Positions 20,285 through 30,760 of a DNA stretch of 64,000 nt are shown in pieces; position 1 is the first letter of the stretch; each line of letters opens with the position of its first letter. Position numbers and translations under genes: made by a program. The notes beneath the pieces are model-generated. The model was given only the letters and a program-made list of their open reading frames with translations. It searched no databases and was not told the DNA's origin. This DNA comes from Bdellovibrionales bacterium (GTDB taxonomy: Bacteria; Bdellovibrionota; Bdellovibrionia; Bdellovibrionales; UBA1609), in contig OZ245336.1 of assembly GCA_965226095.1 (NCBI GenBank), positions 1,481,308 to 1,545,307 of the forward strand. Reading direction: 5' to 3'.

Positions 20285-20300
20285 TGGCACGGAATTTGCT
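20285..20300 (+). promoter_or_regulatory. sigma-54 (-24/-12) promoter TGGCACGGAATTTGCT
   Basis: Exact match to TGGCACG-N4-TTGCW with correct GG-N10-GC spacing. Lies 61 nt upstream of the ATG at 20361 and 165 nt downstream of the FHA-EBP gene. Confidence 0.75.
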
Positions 20301-20360
20301 AGTATATAAAATACAGCAATTATGTTATTGTTTAATTATAAAGATGTAAGGAGTTCATTC

Positions 20361-20927
20361 ATGTCCAAAAACATAGAACAAAGTACACTCTACTTTAAAG
20401 AAATGTGTAGAGATACACAGGAGTTGAAAAAACAAATAAAGGAAATGGCGCATAGCTTGAAAATCAGTGGACAAGAAACCGATCGGCAACTTAGAAGAAC
20501 AGAAGCTCTATTCAACACCCAATGGGGAAAACTTATGGAAACTTTAGTGGAAGGGGATTTATTAAAGCTACTTAAACAAAAAAATATAGTAGTGGATGAC
20601 ACCACCATGAATATGAAAGGCCAGCATAAGGGAGAGGATTGGGAGATCGACATTTTAGCCAGCAATGGAGAGGAGATTGTTTTAGTGGAAGTAAAAACGA
20701 CTTTAAAAATTCAACATGTAAAGGATTTTCTTTATAAGCTAAAAAGATTCACCACCTGGAAGCCAAAATATAAAGATGATAAAATATATGGAGCTGTGGC
20801 TTATTTAAAGGAAGATCAAAGCTCAGCAAAGTATGCTGAAAAGCAGGGCTTGTTTGTCATTCGAGCCACCGGAAGTAGCTCCAGTATTATTAACAAGAAA
20901 AATTTTAAACCAAAAATATTTTCATAA
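20361..20927 (+). CDS. PD-(D/E)XK (restriction-endonuclease-like) fold protein with N-terminal coiled coil
   Basis: ATG at 20361 lies 8 nt after aaggag; the ORF-track start at 20322 is less likely. Core WEIDILASNGEEIVLVEVKTTL fits the D...(D/E)xK nuclease motif. No family name is claimed. Confidence 0.45.
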   Translation: MSKNIEQSTLYFKEMCRDTQELKKQIKEMAHSLKISGQETDRQLRRTEALFNTQWGKLMETLVEGDLLKLLKQKNIVVDDTTMNMKGQHKGEDWEIDILASNGEEIVLVEVKTTLKIQHVKDFLYKLKRFTTWKPKYKDDKIYGAVAYLKEDQSSAKYAEKQGLFVIRATGSSSSIINKKNFKPKIFS

Positions 20928-21014
20928 GCCCCTTTTCTATGTACTTTAGAGCTCACTTTTTTGTAAGCATGTCCTCTAAGTTCCACAATCTAAATAATTA
21001 TTTTCAAGACAAGT

Positions 21015-22913
21015 TTATTCCACAGTGACAGACTTGGCTAAATTGCGTGGCTGATCCACATTATGCCCTAAAGATACAGCCGTATGGTAGGCCATTAACT
21101 GTAATGGTATGGCACTTAAAATTGCCAACAAATCATCTTCAGCAGAAGGTAAAGAAATAAAATGCTCTGATAATGCAGAAGCGGTGGAATTCGCTTGAGA
21201 ACCAATCAAAATCAATCGAGCTTTTCTGGCTTTAGCTTCCTGTAAACTCGTCAACGTTTTTTTATACAATAAATTATTTACAGCAGAGGGAAGTAAACCC
21301 ACCACAGCCATTTTGTCATCTATTAAAGCCAAAGGACCATGCTTCATTTCACCAGCAGGATACCCCTCAGCCAACTTGTAAGTGAGCTCTTTCATCTTTA
21401 AAGCCCCTTCCAAAGCCAAAGGATACTGCACACCCCTGCCTAAATAAATAAAACCATGAAAAGTATTTAATAGCTCTGCCAAATCTGCAATGGATGATTC
21501 CTGCTGTAAAACCTGTCTCATCTGAGTAGACAAACCCAAAAGGTTTTTTATTTGTTCTTCTTCTGCCTCAGTAGAAAGAGAATTTTGTTTTTTAGCCAAG
21601 ACCAAAGCCAGTAAATATAAAACCAGTAAAGTGCAGGTAAAAGCTTTTGTACTGGCCACTCCTTTTTCCAAGCCTGCAAACATCTGTAAGCCCAGATCCG
21701 ATTCTCTCACTAAAGTGGAATGATCCACATTACACAAACTTAAAACCGGACAGGTTTTGATGTTTGTCATCTTCAACACAGCCAAGGTATCCGCCGTCTC
21801 ACCGCTCTGAGAAATCAATAGTACCGGTGTCTTCTCAGCAACTAGCACTGGATCACGATAACGAAATTCACTGGAGATATCTATTTCCACCGGAATACGC
21901 GCCCACTTTTCAATCACATATTTTCCATAAACAGCCGCATAGTAACTACTACCACAAGCAACAATACAAAGCCTGCGCACTTTCAACAAATGATCCAAAA
22001 ACCCCTTGCTGTCACCACCTGTCCATTGCAAATTAAGTTCATCCTTACACAAATGCTGAGACAAAAGGTGCTCCACACAAGCGGGTTGTTCATGAATCTC
22101 CTTTAACATATCAAAAGCATAAGAATTGTGTTTGTTCTCTTTATTTTTACCATCATTTCTTATGGCAGCCATAGATAAAGTCTCTATGGCTTTATGAATT
22201 TTCGTAAATGACTTTGCCGAATCCTTTTTGGAATAAAAATCCACATCACCGGATTTATGCACATGAGTCACTTCTCCATCCTGTAAAAAAACCACTTGCC
22301 TTGTGTAAGGTAGAAGTGCCTGCGCATCACTGGCAATAAAGACCTCTTTATTTTCTGCCTCCCCAAAACCCAAAAGCAAAGAAGGACCTTTTTTAAAAGC
22401 CCAGAACTCCCCTGGAGCTTTCTCTGACATAACAACAACAGCATACTCCCCTTTTATGAGAGCCAGAGTTTCGAAAACCGCTGTTTTCAAAGAACCGGAT
22501 TTTTCATATAAATCAGCTAAGATAAAAGCCACCACTTCTGTATCCGTTTCAGAAGTGAATTGAGAAAGATTTTTTTCTGTCAACCCGGCTTTTAGTTCTT
22601 CAGCATTCTCAATCACTCCATTGTGAACAATGTAAATAGATCCGGCTTTATGAGGATGAGCATTATTTTCAGAAGGAGCACCATGTGTCGCCCATCGAGT
22701 GTGCCCCATCGCCCAATGACCTTTATATTCTCCTTGAGCTATTTTATCCTCTAAATTTTTTAAAAGACCTTTGGTTCGTACTCTTTGAAAACCTGATTTT
22801 GTAGCCACTACTACACCAGCGCTGTCATAACCTCTGTACTGCAAACGACGAAGTCCTTGAAGCAACACCTCTTTACTATCTCGAAAGCCTGTATAAGCTA
22901 CAATACCACACAT
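21015..22913 (-). CDS. glmS: glutamine--fructose-6-phosphate aminotransferase (isomerising)
   Basis: 632 aa. Begins MCGIVAY (Ntn Cys). Two SIS domains. Ends ...NLAKSVTVE. Confidence 0.97.
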   Translation of the reverse strand: MCGIVAYTGFRDSKEVLLQGLRRLQYRGYDSAGVVVATKSGFQRVRTKGLLKNLEDKIAQGEYKGHWAMGHTRWATHGAPSENNAHPHKAGSIYIVHNGVIENAEELKAGLTEKNLSQFTSETDTEVVAFILADLYEKSGSLKTAVFETLALIKGEYAVVVMSEKAPGEFWAFKKGPSLLLGFGEAENKEVFIASDAQALLPYTRQVVFLQDGEVTHVHKSGDVDFYSKKDSAKSFTKIHKAIETLSMAAIRNDGKNKENKHNSYAFDMLKEIHEQPACVEHLLSQHLCKDELNLQWTGGDSKGFLDHLLKVRRLCIVACGSSYYAAVYGKYVIEKWARIPVEIDISSEFRYRDPVLVAEKTPVLLISQSGETADTLAVLKMTNIKTCPVLSLCNVDHSTLVRESDLGLQMFAGLEKGVASTKAFTCTLLVLYLLALVLAKKQNSLSTEAEEEQIKNLLGLSTQMRQVLQQESSIADLAELLNTFHGFIYLGRGVQYPLALEGALKMKELTYKLAEGYPAGEMKHGPLALIDDKMAVVGLLPSAVNNLLYKKTLTSLQEAKARKARLILIGSQANSTASALSEHFISLPSAEDDLLAILSAIPLQLMAYHTAVSLGHNVDQPRNLAKSVTVE

Positions 22914-22923
22914 ACCAGGCCCC

Positions 22924-24318
22924 TTAACTCACTGGTTTTTTTTCATCAGATCTTTTCTTGGTAAAATAATTCTGTAAATTATTTTGCCGAGAACGCCCCA
23001 CACCCAGTGAACGAGCAGGTACATTTTCCGTAATGACTGAACCAGCTCCCGTTGCTGATTCTTCTGCCAACACCACTGGCGCCACTAACTGGGTGCCACT
23101 TCCCACAAACACCTTATCTTTAATTGTCGTGGAATATTTTTTACCATCCAGATTCAAATTGGAAGTAATAGTTCCACACCCGATATTGACATCCTCTCCG
23201 ACTTGCGCATCCCCTAAATAGGAAAAATGACCCGCCTTGGAACGATCGCCAAATTGAGTTTTTTTCATTTCCACAAAGTTACCCACTCGACATTTTTGAC
23301 CTATTTGTGTACCTCGCCTTAAACGGGCATAAGGACCAAGCACAGACTGCGCCTTCACTTCCACTGCCTCCAAATAACAACCGGCTCGCACTAAAACCAA
23401 CTCATGAATTAAACTGTCTGAAATAAAACAATGCGGCTCTATCGCACAAAAAGAACCAATAGCGGTTTTTCCTTTTAAATACACCCCTGGGTAAATCACA
23501 CTGCCCTGACCTACTTGCACATCCTCTTCAATGTAAGTATTCAAAGCATCAATAATAACTACTCCTTTTTGCATGAGTTGATTGAGCTTTGCTGTAAAAA
23601 TCTGTTTTGTGGCAAGAGCTAACTCTCGTTGAGAGTTTACTCCGTAAGCTGTTTGCTCCGATACAGTAAAACTACTAATTTTTTTATTATTCGTTGCAAA
23701 CAAAGTTACGATATCTGTTAAACAAAATTCCTCTTTAGGATTTTTATTATCGATCTGAGATAAAAAAAGATTTAAAGACTGGTTTTTAAAAAGGTAGATC
23801 CCCGTATTGATCTCATTAATTTTTTCTGATTCATGACTTAAAGATTCTTTTTCTGCAATAGCCACAATGTTGTCTTTTTTACGAATAATCCTGCCATAGT
23901 GACCAGGTTTTTCCTTTTCAAAAGTGCCAATACATAAGTCCGCTTGCTCCTGATGAAACACCTTAATCATTTCCTGTAGATCTTTTGGTTGAATCAATGG
24001 ATGATCGCCATTCACAATCAATATATCGCCTTTACTGCTGGCCGGTTGAGCACTCATCACCGCCACGGCTGTTCCTTTGCGATTTTCCTGAAAACTTATA
24101 CTGGCCTTGAAAGCTTCAGCCACCGGTCGCATTAAATGCTCATGTTCCTCATTAATAACCACACAAGTGTCTACCACACCTGAAGCCTTTAAAGCCTGCA
24201 AAATACGTGCCAAGACAGGTTTTCCCGCCACTGGGTGTAAACTCTTAGGCAAGGACGTTCGCATTCTGCTTCCCCGACCTGCCGCCAAAACAATAGCTGT
24301 GATAAATGATGAAGCCAT
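22924..24318 (-). CDS. glmU: bifunctional UDP-N-acetylglucosamine diphosphorylase / glucosamine-1-phosphate N-acetyltransferase
   Basis: LAAGRGSRM nucleotidyltransferase motif and C-terminal left-handed beta-helix hexapeptide repeats. ATG at 24318 is preceded by ggggaaag. The ORF-track start at 24354 is a TTG 12 codons upstream. Confidence 0.93.
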   Translation of the reverse strand: MASSFITAIVLAAGRGSRMRTSLPKSLHPVAGKPVLARILQALKASGVVDTCVVINEEHEHLMRPVAEAFKASISFQENRKGTAVAVMSAQPASSKGDILIVNGDHPLIQPKDLQEMIKVFHQEQADLCIGTFEKEKPGHYGRIIRKKDNIVAIAEKESLSHESEKINEINTGIYLFKNQSLNLFLSQIDNKNPKEEFCLTDIVTLFATNNKKISSFTVSEQTAYGVNSQRELALATKQIFTAKLNQLMQKGVVIIDALNTYIEEDVQVGQGSVIYPGVYLKGKTAIGSFCAIEPHCFISDSLIHELVLVRAGCYLEAVEVKAQSVLGPYARLRRGTQIGQKCRVGNFVEMKKTQFGDRSKAGHFSYLGDAQVGEDVNIGCGTITSNLNLDGKKYSTTIKDKVFVGSGTQLVAPVVLAEESATGAGSVITENVPARSLGVGRSRQNNLQNYFTKKRSDEKKPVS

Positions 24319-24502
24319 TAAAGCACTTTCCCCTAAGCTAAGGGCTATCGTCAAGTCTTATCAGTGACAAATTCAAAAAAGTGTTCCCAGCATTCAGTCC
24401 TAATTTTTATTTGTTTTTTGCTATACCCTGTTATCCCTTTAAAAAAAAAGCTAAATTGTAAAAGGATTCAGTGTAAGGATAAATTGATATCAGGATAGTT
24501 CA

Positions 24503-25408
24503 GTGACAATACAAAAAAAAACCAAGAGCAGTGATGAATTATCACAAAAAAAACAACTACTACAAAATTTACAAAGTGTACTATGGCTGATCTGGGAGGC
24601 TCAAAGTACAGAACAATTACTTAAAATCATGGAATACACTTTACCTAAATTGTGTCAGGTGGATTCCATTAACATCCCCAGCAACAGTCTCAAAAAAAAT
24701 AAAAAAATCTATCAATACTCTTTTACATACAAAGAACAATTTATACATTTCTATAAATCTTCTGGATTTGTTCATGGACAAAAGTGGTTTTTAAAAAAAG
24801 CCGGAGAATTTTTGGAAAAAGCTTTTCAACGCCTGGAAATACATAATCAACTTAAAAAACAAAAGGAACAATGGGAGTTGGCTTTTGACACCATTGCCAC
24901 ACCCATCAGCCTCACTGATTCCAATGGAGCTATATTGAAGACCAATAAAACCTTTCGCACTAAAACAAAAATGTCCAAGGCAGAACTATCACAGAAAAAC
25001 TGTTTTCAAGTTTTCTTCGGGAAACCTCTAACCGGAAATAAACGTGAAACTCGAATCGTTAATGGAAAAACAGAATGTTATGAAATTTTTCTTCAACAAA
25101 TTCCACAAAAAAATACAACTATTCAATTAGTGGTTTTAAGGGATATTACCAAACAAATCCATATAGAGAAACAACTGGCTCATCATGCTCAATCCAAAGA
25201 GATGAGTATAATTTCCAGAAGTATTGCTCACGAATTAAATAATCCTATTAGCGGTATCATCGCTATTTTGCAAACAATGATAATGAATAATACACTGAAA
25301 GACCAAACCAAAACAGATTTGGATCAAATGCTACTGGCTGGTCAAAGATGCTCTCAGATAATCAATAAATTTTTAAACATCTCTTACGAAACTTCACTGA
25401 AGTCTTGA
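24503..25408 (+). CDS. PAS + HisKA (DHp) sensor-kinase fragment lacking the HATPase_c domain
   Basis: 301 aa. PAS-like WELAFDTIATPISLTDSNGAILKTNKTF. H-box SRSIAHELNNPISGI. The ORF stops about 50 aa after the H-box, and only 115 bp remain before the next gene. Confidence 0.6.
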   Translation: MTIQKKTKSSDELSQKKQLLQNLQSVLWLIWEAQSTEQLLKIMEYTLPKLCQVDSINIPSNSLKKNKKIYQYSFTYKEQFIHFYKSSGFVHGQKWFLKKAGEFLEKAFQRLEIHNQLKKQKEQWELAFDTIATPISLTDSNGAILKTNKTFRTKTKMSKAELSQKNCFQVFFGKPLTGNKRETRIVNGKTECYEIFLQQIPQKNTTIQLVVLRDITKQIHIEKQLAHHAQSKEMSIISRSIAHELNNPISGIIAILQTMIMNNTLKDQTKTDLDQMLLAGQRCSQIINKFLNISYETSLKS

Positions 25409-25523
25409 TTTTATTTTTAAAATGAAAATGACTGAATGGTGGAACTCCCAACAATGAGAATATTCAGTCCAGATTTTTTGTTACCCATAGTGAAAAAATC
25501 AATATTCCATTAAGATTAATGAT

Positions 25524-26954
25524 ATGCAAAAAAAAATTCTTATTATTGATGATGAAGTTACTCTGAATCACTCTCTCACGAAAGTGCTGAATCACCACGG
25601 CTATATTACAAAAAGCCTAAAATCCAAACAAGAATTTAGTGAACTGAAACAAAATTTTCACTATGACATAGTTTTATTAGATCTCAGACTCCCGGATGGC
25701 AATGGATTGGAATTGATGAAACAAATAAAACAATTTAATCAAAATACTCAAGTCATTGTTATGACTGGTTACGGAACCATTGAGTTGGCAGTGACTGCAA
25801 CAAAACAGGGAGCTTTCCATTTTATTACCAAGCCTTTTAACCTAGGTGAAATTATCAATCTATGTGCTAAGGCACTTTCCCAATCCCAATTGGAAACTGA
25901 AAATGCGCAACTGAGATTTGTTGTAAAGAAACAATTTCATTTTAATCAAATTATTGGACAAAGCCAACCCCTCCTATCAGTCATTGAAATGATAAAAAAA
26001 ATATCTGCTTCTTTATCTACTGTATTGATCACAGGAGAAAGTGGTACTGGAAAAGAACTCATTGCCAAATCCATTCACTTTAATTCCCAGCAAAGTACAG
26101 GACCTTTTATTCCTGTCCACTGCGGAGCTATACCAAAAGATTTACTGGAAAGCGAACTGTTCGGACATATAAAAGGCTCTTTTACAGGAGCTATTAAAGA
26201 TCGCATCGGACGATTTCAAATGGCTGAAAACGGAAGTTTATTCCTGGATGAAGTGAGTACTATGGACATTTCCACACAAATTAAACTGCTTAGAGTTTTA
26301 CAGGAAAAAGAATTTCAACCAGTGGGCGGTGATGAAATTATACAGTCTAATTCCCGTGTGATTGCCGCCAGTAATGAAAATCTGGAAACAGCTGTTAAAA
26401 GAGGTGATTTCAGAGAAGATCTGTTTTACCGTCTTAATGTTATTCCTCTTCCTATCCCTTCTTTAAGAGAACGAAAAGATGATATTCCCCTTCTGATCAA
26501 TCATTTTATAAAAGCATTCAATAAAAACAACTCCCCCCATAAAATAAACTACATCAACCAGGAAGTGATGGATTGTCTTTGTCAATATAGGTGGCCTGGC
26601 AATATCAGAGAGCTGGAGAACCAGATTGAGCGATTATGTGTTCTAAAAGAGAATGAATGCATAGAACTGTCTGATTTACCTGAACAATATCAAAATAATA
26701 ATCATTCCACCATTAAGCCTACTGTGGATATACCACAGACAGGGCTGGATTTTAATCACATCGTTAATGTATTTGAAAATGAACTGATTTTAAAAGCTCT
26801 TGAAAGAACCAGATGGAATCGTAATCAAGCCGCCAGATTATTAAAATTAAATCGCACCACTTTACTGGAAAAAATTAAAAAGAAGGGTTTAAAAGAGAAC
26901 ATGCCTTCTATACTGCCTGACGATTTCTCTTCAGTAACTAACAAGTCAATTTAA
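25524..26954 (+). CDS. NtrC-family sigma-54-dependent response regulator (REC-AAA+-Fis HTH)
   Basis: REC domain (ILIIDDE...DIVLLDLRLPDG...KPF). AAA+ motifs GESGTGKE, ESELFGH and GSFTGA, LFLDEV. C-terminal HTH QAARLLKLNRTTLLEKIKK. Confidence 0.93.
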   Translation: MQKKILIIDDEVTLNHSLTKVLNHHGYITKSLKSKQEFSELKQNFHYDIVLLDLRLPDGNGLELMKQIKQFNQNTQVIVMTGYGTIELAVTATKQGAFHFITKPFNLGEIINLCAKALSQSQLETENAQLRFVVKKQFHFNQIIGQSQPLLSVIEMIKKISASLSTVLITGESGTGKELIAKSIHFNSQQSTGPFIPVHCGAIPKDLLESELFGHIKGSFTGAIKDRIGRFQMAENGSLFLDEVSTMDISTQIKLLRVLQEKEFQPVGGDEIIQSNSRVIAASNENLETAVKRGDFREDLFYRLNVIPLPIPSLRERKDDIPLLINHFIKAFNKNNSPHKINYINQEVMDCLCQYRWPGNIRELENQIERLCVLKENECIELSDLPEQYQNNNHSTIKPTVDIPQTGLDFNHIVNVFENELILKALERTRWNRNQAARLLKLNRTTLLEKIKKKGLKENMPSILPDDFSSVTNKSI

Positions 26955-27163
26955 CCTTGCAGAAATAACAAGATTTGTGAAAAAAAATTTTAAGTCAATT
27001 AACTGTAAAAAGTCTATTCAATTCCCTACTTCATAACTAAATAATATAACAGTAAGAATATGTAATTTTTACATTATCTCTCGAAAAACATTTGCAAAAG
27101 TAGAAAACATCAATAAACTGAATATACTTCATCTTGAATACCTTAAATATTATTGTTTTAATT

Positions 27164-28747
27164 ATGATTTACAAGAACTATATTCTCTTCTTATTGTTGT
27201 GTTTTTTTTCATGGACGGCCTTTGCGCAGTTTCTACTGAAAGGACTGTTTCCGGAATATGAAACCTGCTCCTGCACTAATGATAAATTTACAAAACAACT
27301 CACTCAACCTTATGAAGAGGAAATTCAAGTTTGGCTCTTACAAACACAAGAGGAAAAGATACTAATAAATAATACTCTAGTTATGGAAGAATCGGAATAT
27401 TTGGAGGATGAAGATAGCTCTTTTCTATCATCTGTCGGAAATTTCTTTACAGGATTAGCAGATACTGTTGTCTTCTGGGATGATGAAGAAGAAGAATTAG
27501 TAGAGCAACAGCTATTAAAACCTCCTCCTTTATTAACACCAGCTATTCCATCTATATGTTTTGCAATGAGTGTAGATATGATTAGAAATGAAGGCATCCA
27601 AAAACAATTCTACTCTTGTATTCACAAACATTACGACAATTCAGATGAAGATAATTTTTGTTTTGATACACGTAACCAACTGAACTCCCCTAAAAAATGT
27701 GATGTGTTGCCCATACCCTGTGATAGCTCCAATGATTTAAATCTTACTTGTTCACAAAGATACAAAAATCGTCCTGAAAGATATGGCGCTAATGGATGTA
27801 ACAAGGGAGCTGTATTCCCCAGAAGACCTTGTTTAAGTCAAGACTATATTGCCATGACAGCGAAAGCCTTTCATGATGTAGCAGAGTGTTTGGACATTGC
27901 TCCTGAAATGGCTTTTCCTATTTTTCTTCATGAGTCCCGCTTTATTTTAAATATCCAAAGCCATACAGGTGCCTTATGCTATGGGCAAATCACCGGTAAT
28001 GCCGTGGCAGACTTCAATTCTTTTTTAACAAACCATAAAGGCTATCCTAACTATGATATACCGGATTTACTGGAAAAAAATATAGAAAAAAGATGTCCAG
28101 ATGTTTGGAAACATTTTAAAAAAGTCAGTACTACTACAAGAGAAGATAAAACCCTTATCCGATCTGATTTTGATCAATGCAATATGAATACTAATCCTTA
28201 CACATGTTTTTTTTACGGATTTGCCTATTTAAGAATATTGTATGAAAAAGCGAACCAGGAAATAACAGAAATAAATAATATTTATAGTGCTCTTTTAGAA
28301 GATAATTCCGTACAACTGTTAAATACCTCAAAATACTCTCCTCTCTCCTTACCTATTATAGAAAGAAAAAAATTAAAACTTTTTTCGAAGCCACAGGATT
28401 TACTCAATATATTAACAGTGCTCTCTTATAATGGTGGTTTATCCATTATTCAGATACACTTTAACAGCTTTATGGCAAAGTTAAAAATTTCTATTATAGA
28501 AGAAAACAATACAGAATTGCAAAACGCTGTATTAAATAATAGTGGCTTAACCACTGACTTTTTTAAAAAGGAGTTTATAAATTTCCTCAGAGATCGATAT
28601 TTTATAAACGACAATCGCCGCAATGGAGAACTATTTTCTTACCTGGATAAAGTGACTTCTGAAACAAAAGTTCTGAACCAACTAATAAGAAAACTCTACC
28701 CTTCTATCCCTGAAACTTTTGATGTATGTCCTTCACTGATGCAATAA
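27164..28747 (+). CDS. secreted protein with divergent lytic-transglycosylase (SLT/GH23-like) core motif
   Basis: ATG at 27164 gives the signal peptide MIYKNYILFLLLCFFSWTAFA. FLHESRFILNIQSHTGALCYGQITGNA resembles the SLT E-S...S..GA.G..Q catalytic block. The rest of the protein is unrecognised. Confidence 0.4.
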   Translation: MIYKNYILFLLLCFFSWTAFAQFLLKGLFPEYETCSCTNDKFTKQLTQPYEEEIQVWLLQTQEEKILINNTLVMEESEYLEDEDSSFLSSVGNFFTGLADTVVFWDDEEEELVEQQLLKPPPLLTPAIPSICFAMSVDMIRNEGIQKQFYSCIHKHYDNSDEDNFCFDTRNQLNSPKKCDVLPIPCDSSNDLNLTCSQRYKNRPERYGANGCNKGAVFPRRPCLSQDYIAMTAKAFHDVAECLDIAPEMAFPIFLHESRFILNIQSHTGALCYGQITGNAVADFNSFLTNHKGYPNYDIPDLLEKNIEKRCPDVWKHFKKVSTTTREDKTLIRSDFDQCNMNTNPYTCFFYGFAYLRILYEKANQEITEINNIYSALLEDNSVQLLNTSKYSPLSLPIIERKKLKLFSKPQDLLNILTVLSYNGGLSIIQIHFNSFMAKLKISIIEENNTELQNAVLNNSGLTTDFFKKEFINFLRDRYFINDNRRNGELFSYLDKVTSETKVLNQLIRKLYPSIPETFDVCPSLMQ

Positions 28748-28964
28748 ACTAACAATTATTGAATTTGTTTCTTCACTGAACCCCTCTCAATTATCTTAAT
28801 CTTCTGTGAAATAAATACACTTTAAATAGAATATTTTCATACTCTAATACCTTTTTCATTGACTTATATAACACTTTTTCCTATCTAAACTTTATAAAAA
28901 ATCATCATGATTCCATTCAACAAGTAAATTATATAAACTTGATTTTAACATTTTTAATAAAAGC

Positions 28965-29795
28965 ATGCTGGAGAAAAACATGAGCACTTTACATATTCAT
29001 TTTTTTAACTCCCAAATCCTAACTGTTTATTTAAACCCATACAAAGTGATCTTATCGGGTTCACTGATTTTTTCTATTTTATTTTCCAATCAGGTTTTCA
29101 GTGTAGAACAATCTCAAACAACTGCTTCATTAGAGCATCTCAACACAGAACAAAGACAACTGCTCTCCTCTATGCAATCCACTAATGAAGAGGAGCGAAT
29201 ACAGGCCGCTCAAGCCCTGCAAAATATGGCACAATCTAATAAGTTGACTCGACTGACAGCCGAAGAATTAAAAAAACTAATGAAGAATAACAATATCCCT
29301 CTATATGTCAGAACTAAAGCTGTAATCATCTTACATTACACCAGTACACACTCTATCCCATCGGATTTAATATTTAAAATGAAAGAACACATAACTAATG
29401 ATCGACATAAATTGACCATCTTGAACTTGCTGGATGAACTCCTCCATCAAAGATTATCTCTTGATTCCATTTACAATATAGGAAATATATTAATAGATTC
29501 TGTAGAAAAGATTATTTTCACTAATTCACGTGTATCAAAACTTATTAGAAAACAAGCTACAGACACCTTAGCACATATTATCGTTCAATTCTTTCATTTG
29601 AACCTGGAAATGATAATCAAAGATTCTTCTATAAATGATATTTTTAATATGTTAAATGACCTTATTAAGGATGAAAAGCAGTCCGAACATGTCGAAGAGG
29701 CGGCTAAAGAAATAAGAGCAAATCTCATAAAATATCAAAAAAAATATAATGTAATTAGCCCTTCTAAACAGTGTAGTCGCAGTTTTTCCCAATAA
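28965..29795 (+). CDS. hypothetical secreted helical-repeat (HEAT-like) protein
   Basis: 276 aa. Hydrophobic N-terminal segment (ILSGSLIFSILFSNQVFS). EERIQAAQALQNMAQSN and later helices resemble HEAT/armadillo repeats. Confidence 0.3.
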   Translation: MLEKNMSTLHIHFFNSQILTVYLNPYKVILSGSLIFSILFSNQVFSVEQSQTTASLEHLNTEQRQLLSSMQSTNEEERIQAAQALQNMAQSNKLTRLTAEELKKLMKNNNIPLYVRTKAVIILHYTSTHSIPSDLIFKMKEHITNDRHKLTILNLLDELLHQRLSLDSIYNIGNILIDSVEKIIFTNSRVSKLIRKQATDTLAHIIVQFFHLNLEMIIKDSSINDIFNMLNDLIKDEKQSEHVEEAAKEIRANLIKYQKKYNVISPSKQCSRSFSQ

Positions 29796-29869
29796 AATAC
29801 ACTTGACAGTACAAAACGAATACAGTTAAAAAAGCAGCTGAAGTTAATTTTTTAAAAAAGAAAGAACAA

Positions 29870-30247
29870 ATGCCCACCCTCAATCAACTGATTCGCAAAA
29901 GCCGTAAGGTGCAAAGGACCAGAACCAAATCCCCTGCTCTCACCTCCTGCCCTCAAAGACGCGGCGTATGTATTCGGGTGTATACCCGATCACCTAAAAA
30001 ACCTAACTCTGCCATTCGAAAGGTGGCTCGTGTCCGTCTCACCAATGGCTTTGAAATCAATTCTTATATCCCGGGAGAAGGTCATAATTTACAGGAACAC
30101 TCTGTGGTCTTGGTGCGTGGAGGACGTGTACAGGACTTACCAGGAGTGAAATATCATATTATTCGTGGTCATCTGGACACTCAAGGTGTAAAAGATCGTA
30201 AAAGAGGCCGTTCCAGATACGGAACCAAAAGAGTGAAAAAAACCTAA
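29870..30247 (+). CDS. rpsL: 30S ribosomal protein S12
   Basis: [10 protein letters not shown]...[19 protein letters not shown]...[17 protein letters not shown], a full-length S12. Confidence 0.98.
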   Translation: MPTLNQLIRKSRKVQRTRTKSPALTSCPQRRGVCIRVYTRSPKKPNSAIRKVARVRLTNGFEINSYIPGEGHNLQEHSVVLVRGGRVQDLPGVKYHIIRGHLDTQGVKDRKRGRSRYGTKRVKKT

Positions 30248-30257
30248 AGGAGAACTT

Positions 30258-30734
30258 ATGTCCCGCCGCCGCCGCAAAATTCACACAAGAGAAGTTCAGC
30301 CGGATCCCGTCTACTCTGACACAACTGTCGAGTATTTTATTAACAAAATCCTATGGGATGGAAAAAAAGAACTGGCACGAAAAATTGTCTATGGAGCTTT
30401 AAAGAAGCTGGGCGAAAAGCATGGTGGTGACAATGCCGTATCTGTTTTTAAAAAAGCCATTGAAAACTGCAAACCTTCGCTGGAGGTGCGCTCCCGCAGG
30501 GTGGGTGGCGCTACTTATCAGGTGCCGGTCGATGTTCGACCTGTCAGAAAAAATACTTTAGCTATTAGGTGGCTTATTCTTAATGCCCGCTCTCGTCGTG
30601 AAAAAACCATGAGTCAACGACTGGCGGCTGAGCTGACAGAAGCTTATAACAACAAAGGCGCTTCTATTAAGAAAAAAGAGGATGTGCATCGGATGGCTGA
30701 GTCCAACAGGGCTTTTTCTCACTACAACTGGTAA
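30258..30734 (+). CDS. rpsG: 30S ribosomal protein S7
   Basis: 158 aa. PDPVYSD...[21 protein letters not shown]...[13 protein letters not shown]. Confidence 0.98.
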   Translation: MSRRRRKIHTREVQPDPVYSDTTVEYFINKILWDGKKELARKIVYGALKKLGEKHGGDNAVSVFKKAIENCKPSLEVRSRRVGGATYQVPVDVRPVRKNTLAIRWLILNARSRREKTMSQRLAAELTEAYNNKGASIKKKEDVHRMAESNRAFSHYNW

Positions 30735-30760
30735 ACTCTTTTTAAAAAGCGAGGCTATTT

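Noticed and set aside
22914-22923. glmS ribozyme upstream of glmS
   Set aside because: Only 10 nt separate glmS from the glmU stop, so there is no room for the roughly 170-nt ribozyme. The glmU-glmS pair is co-transcribed.
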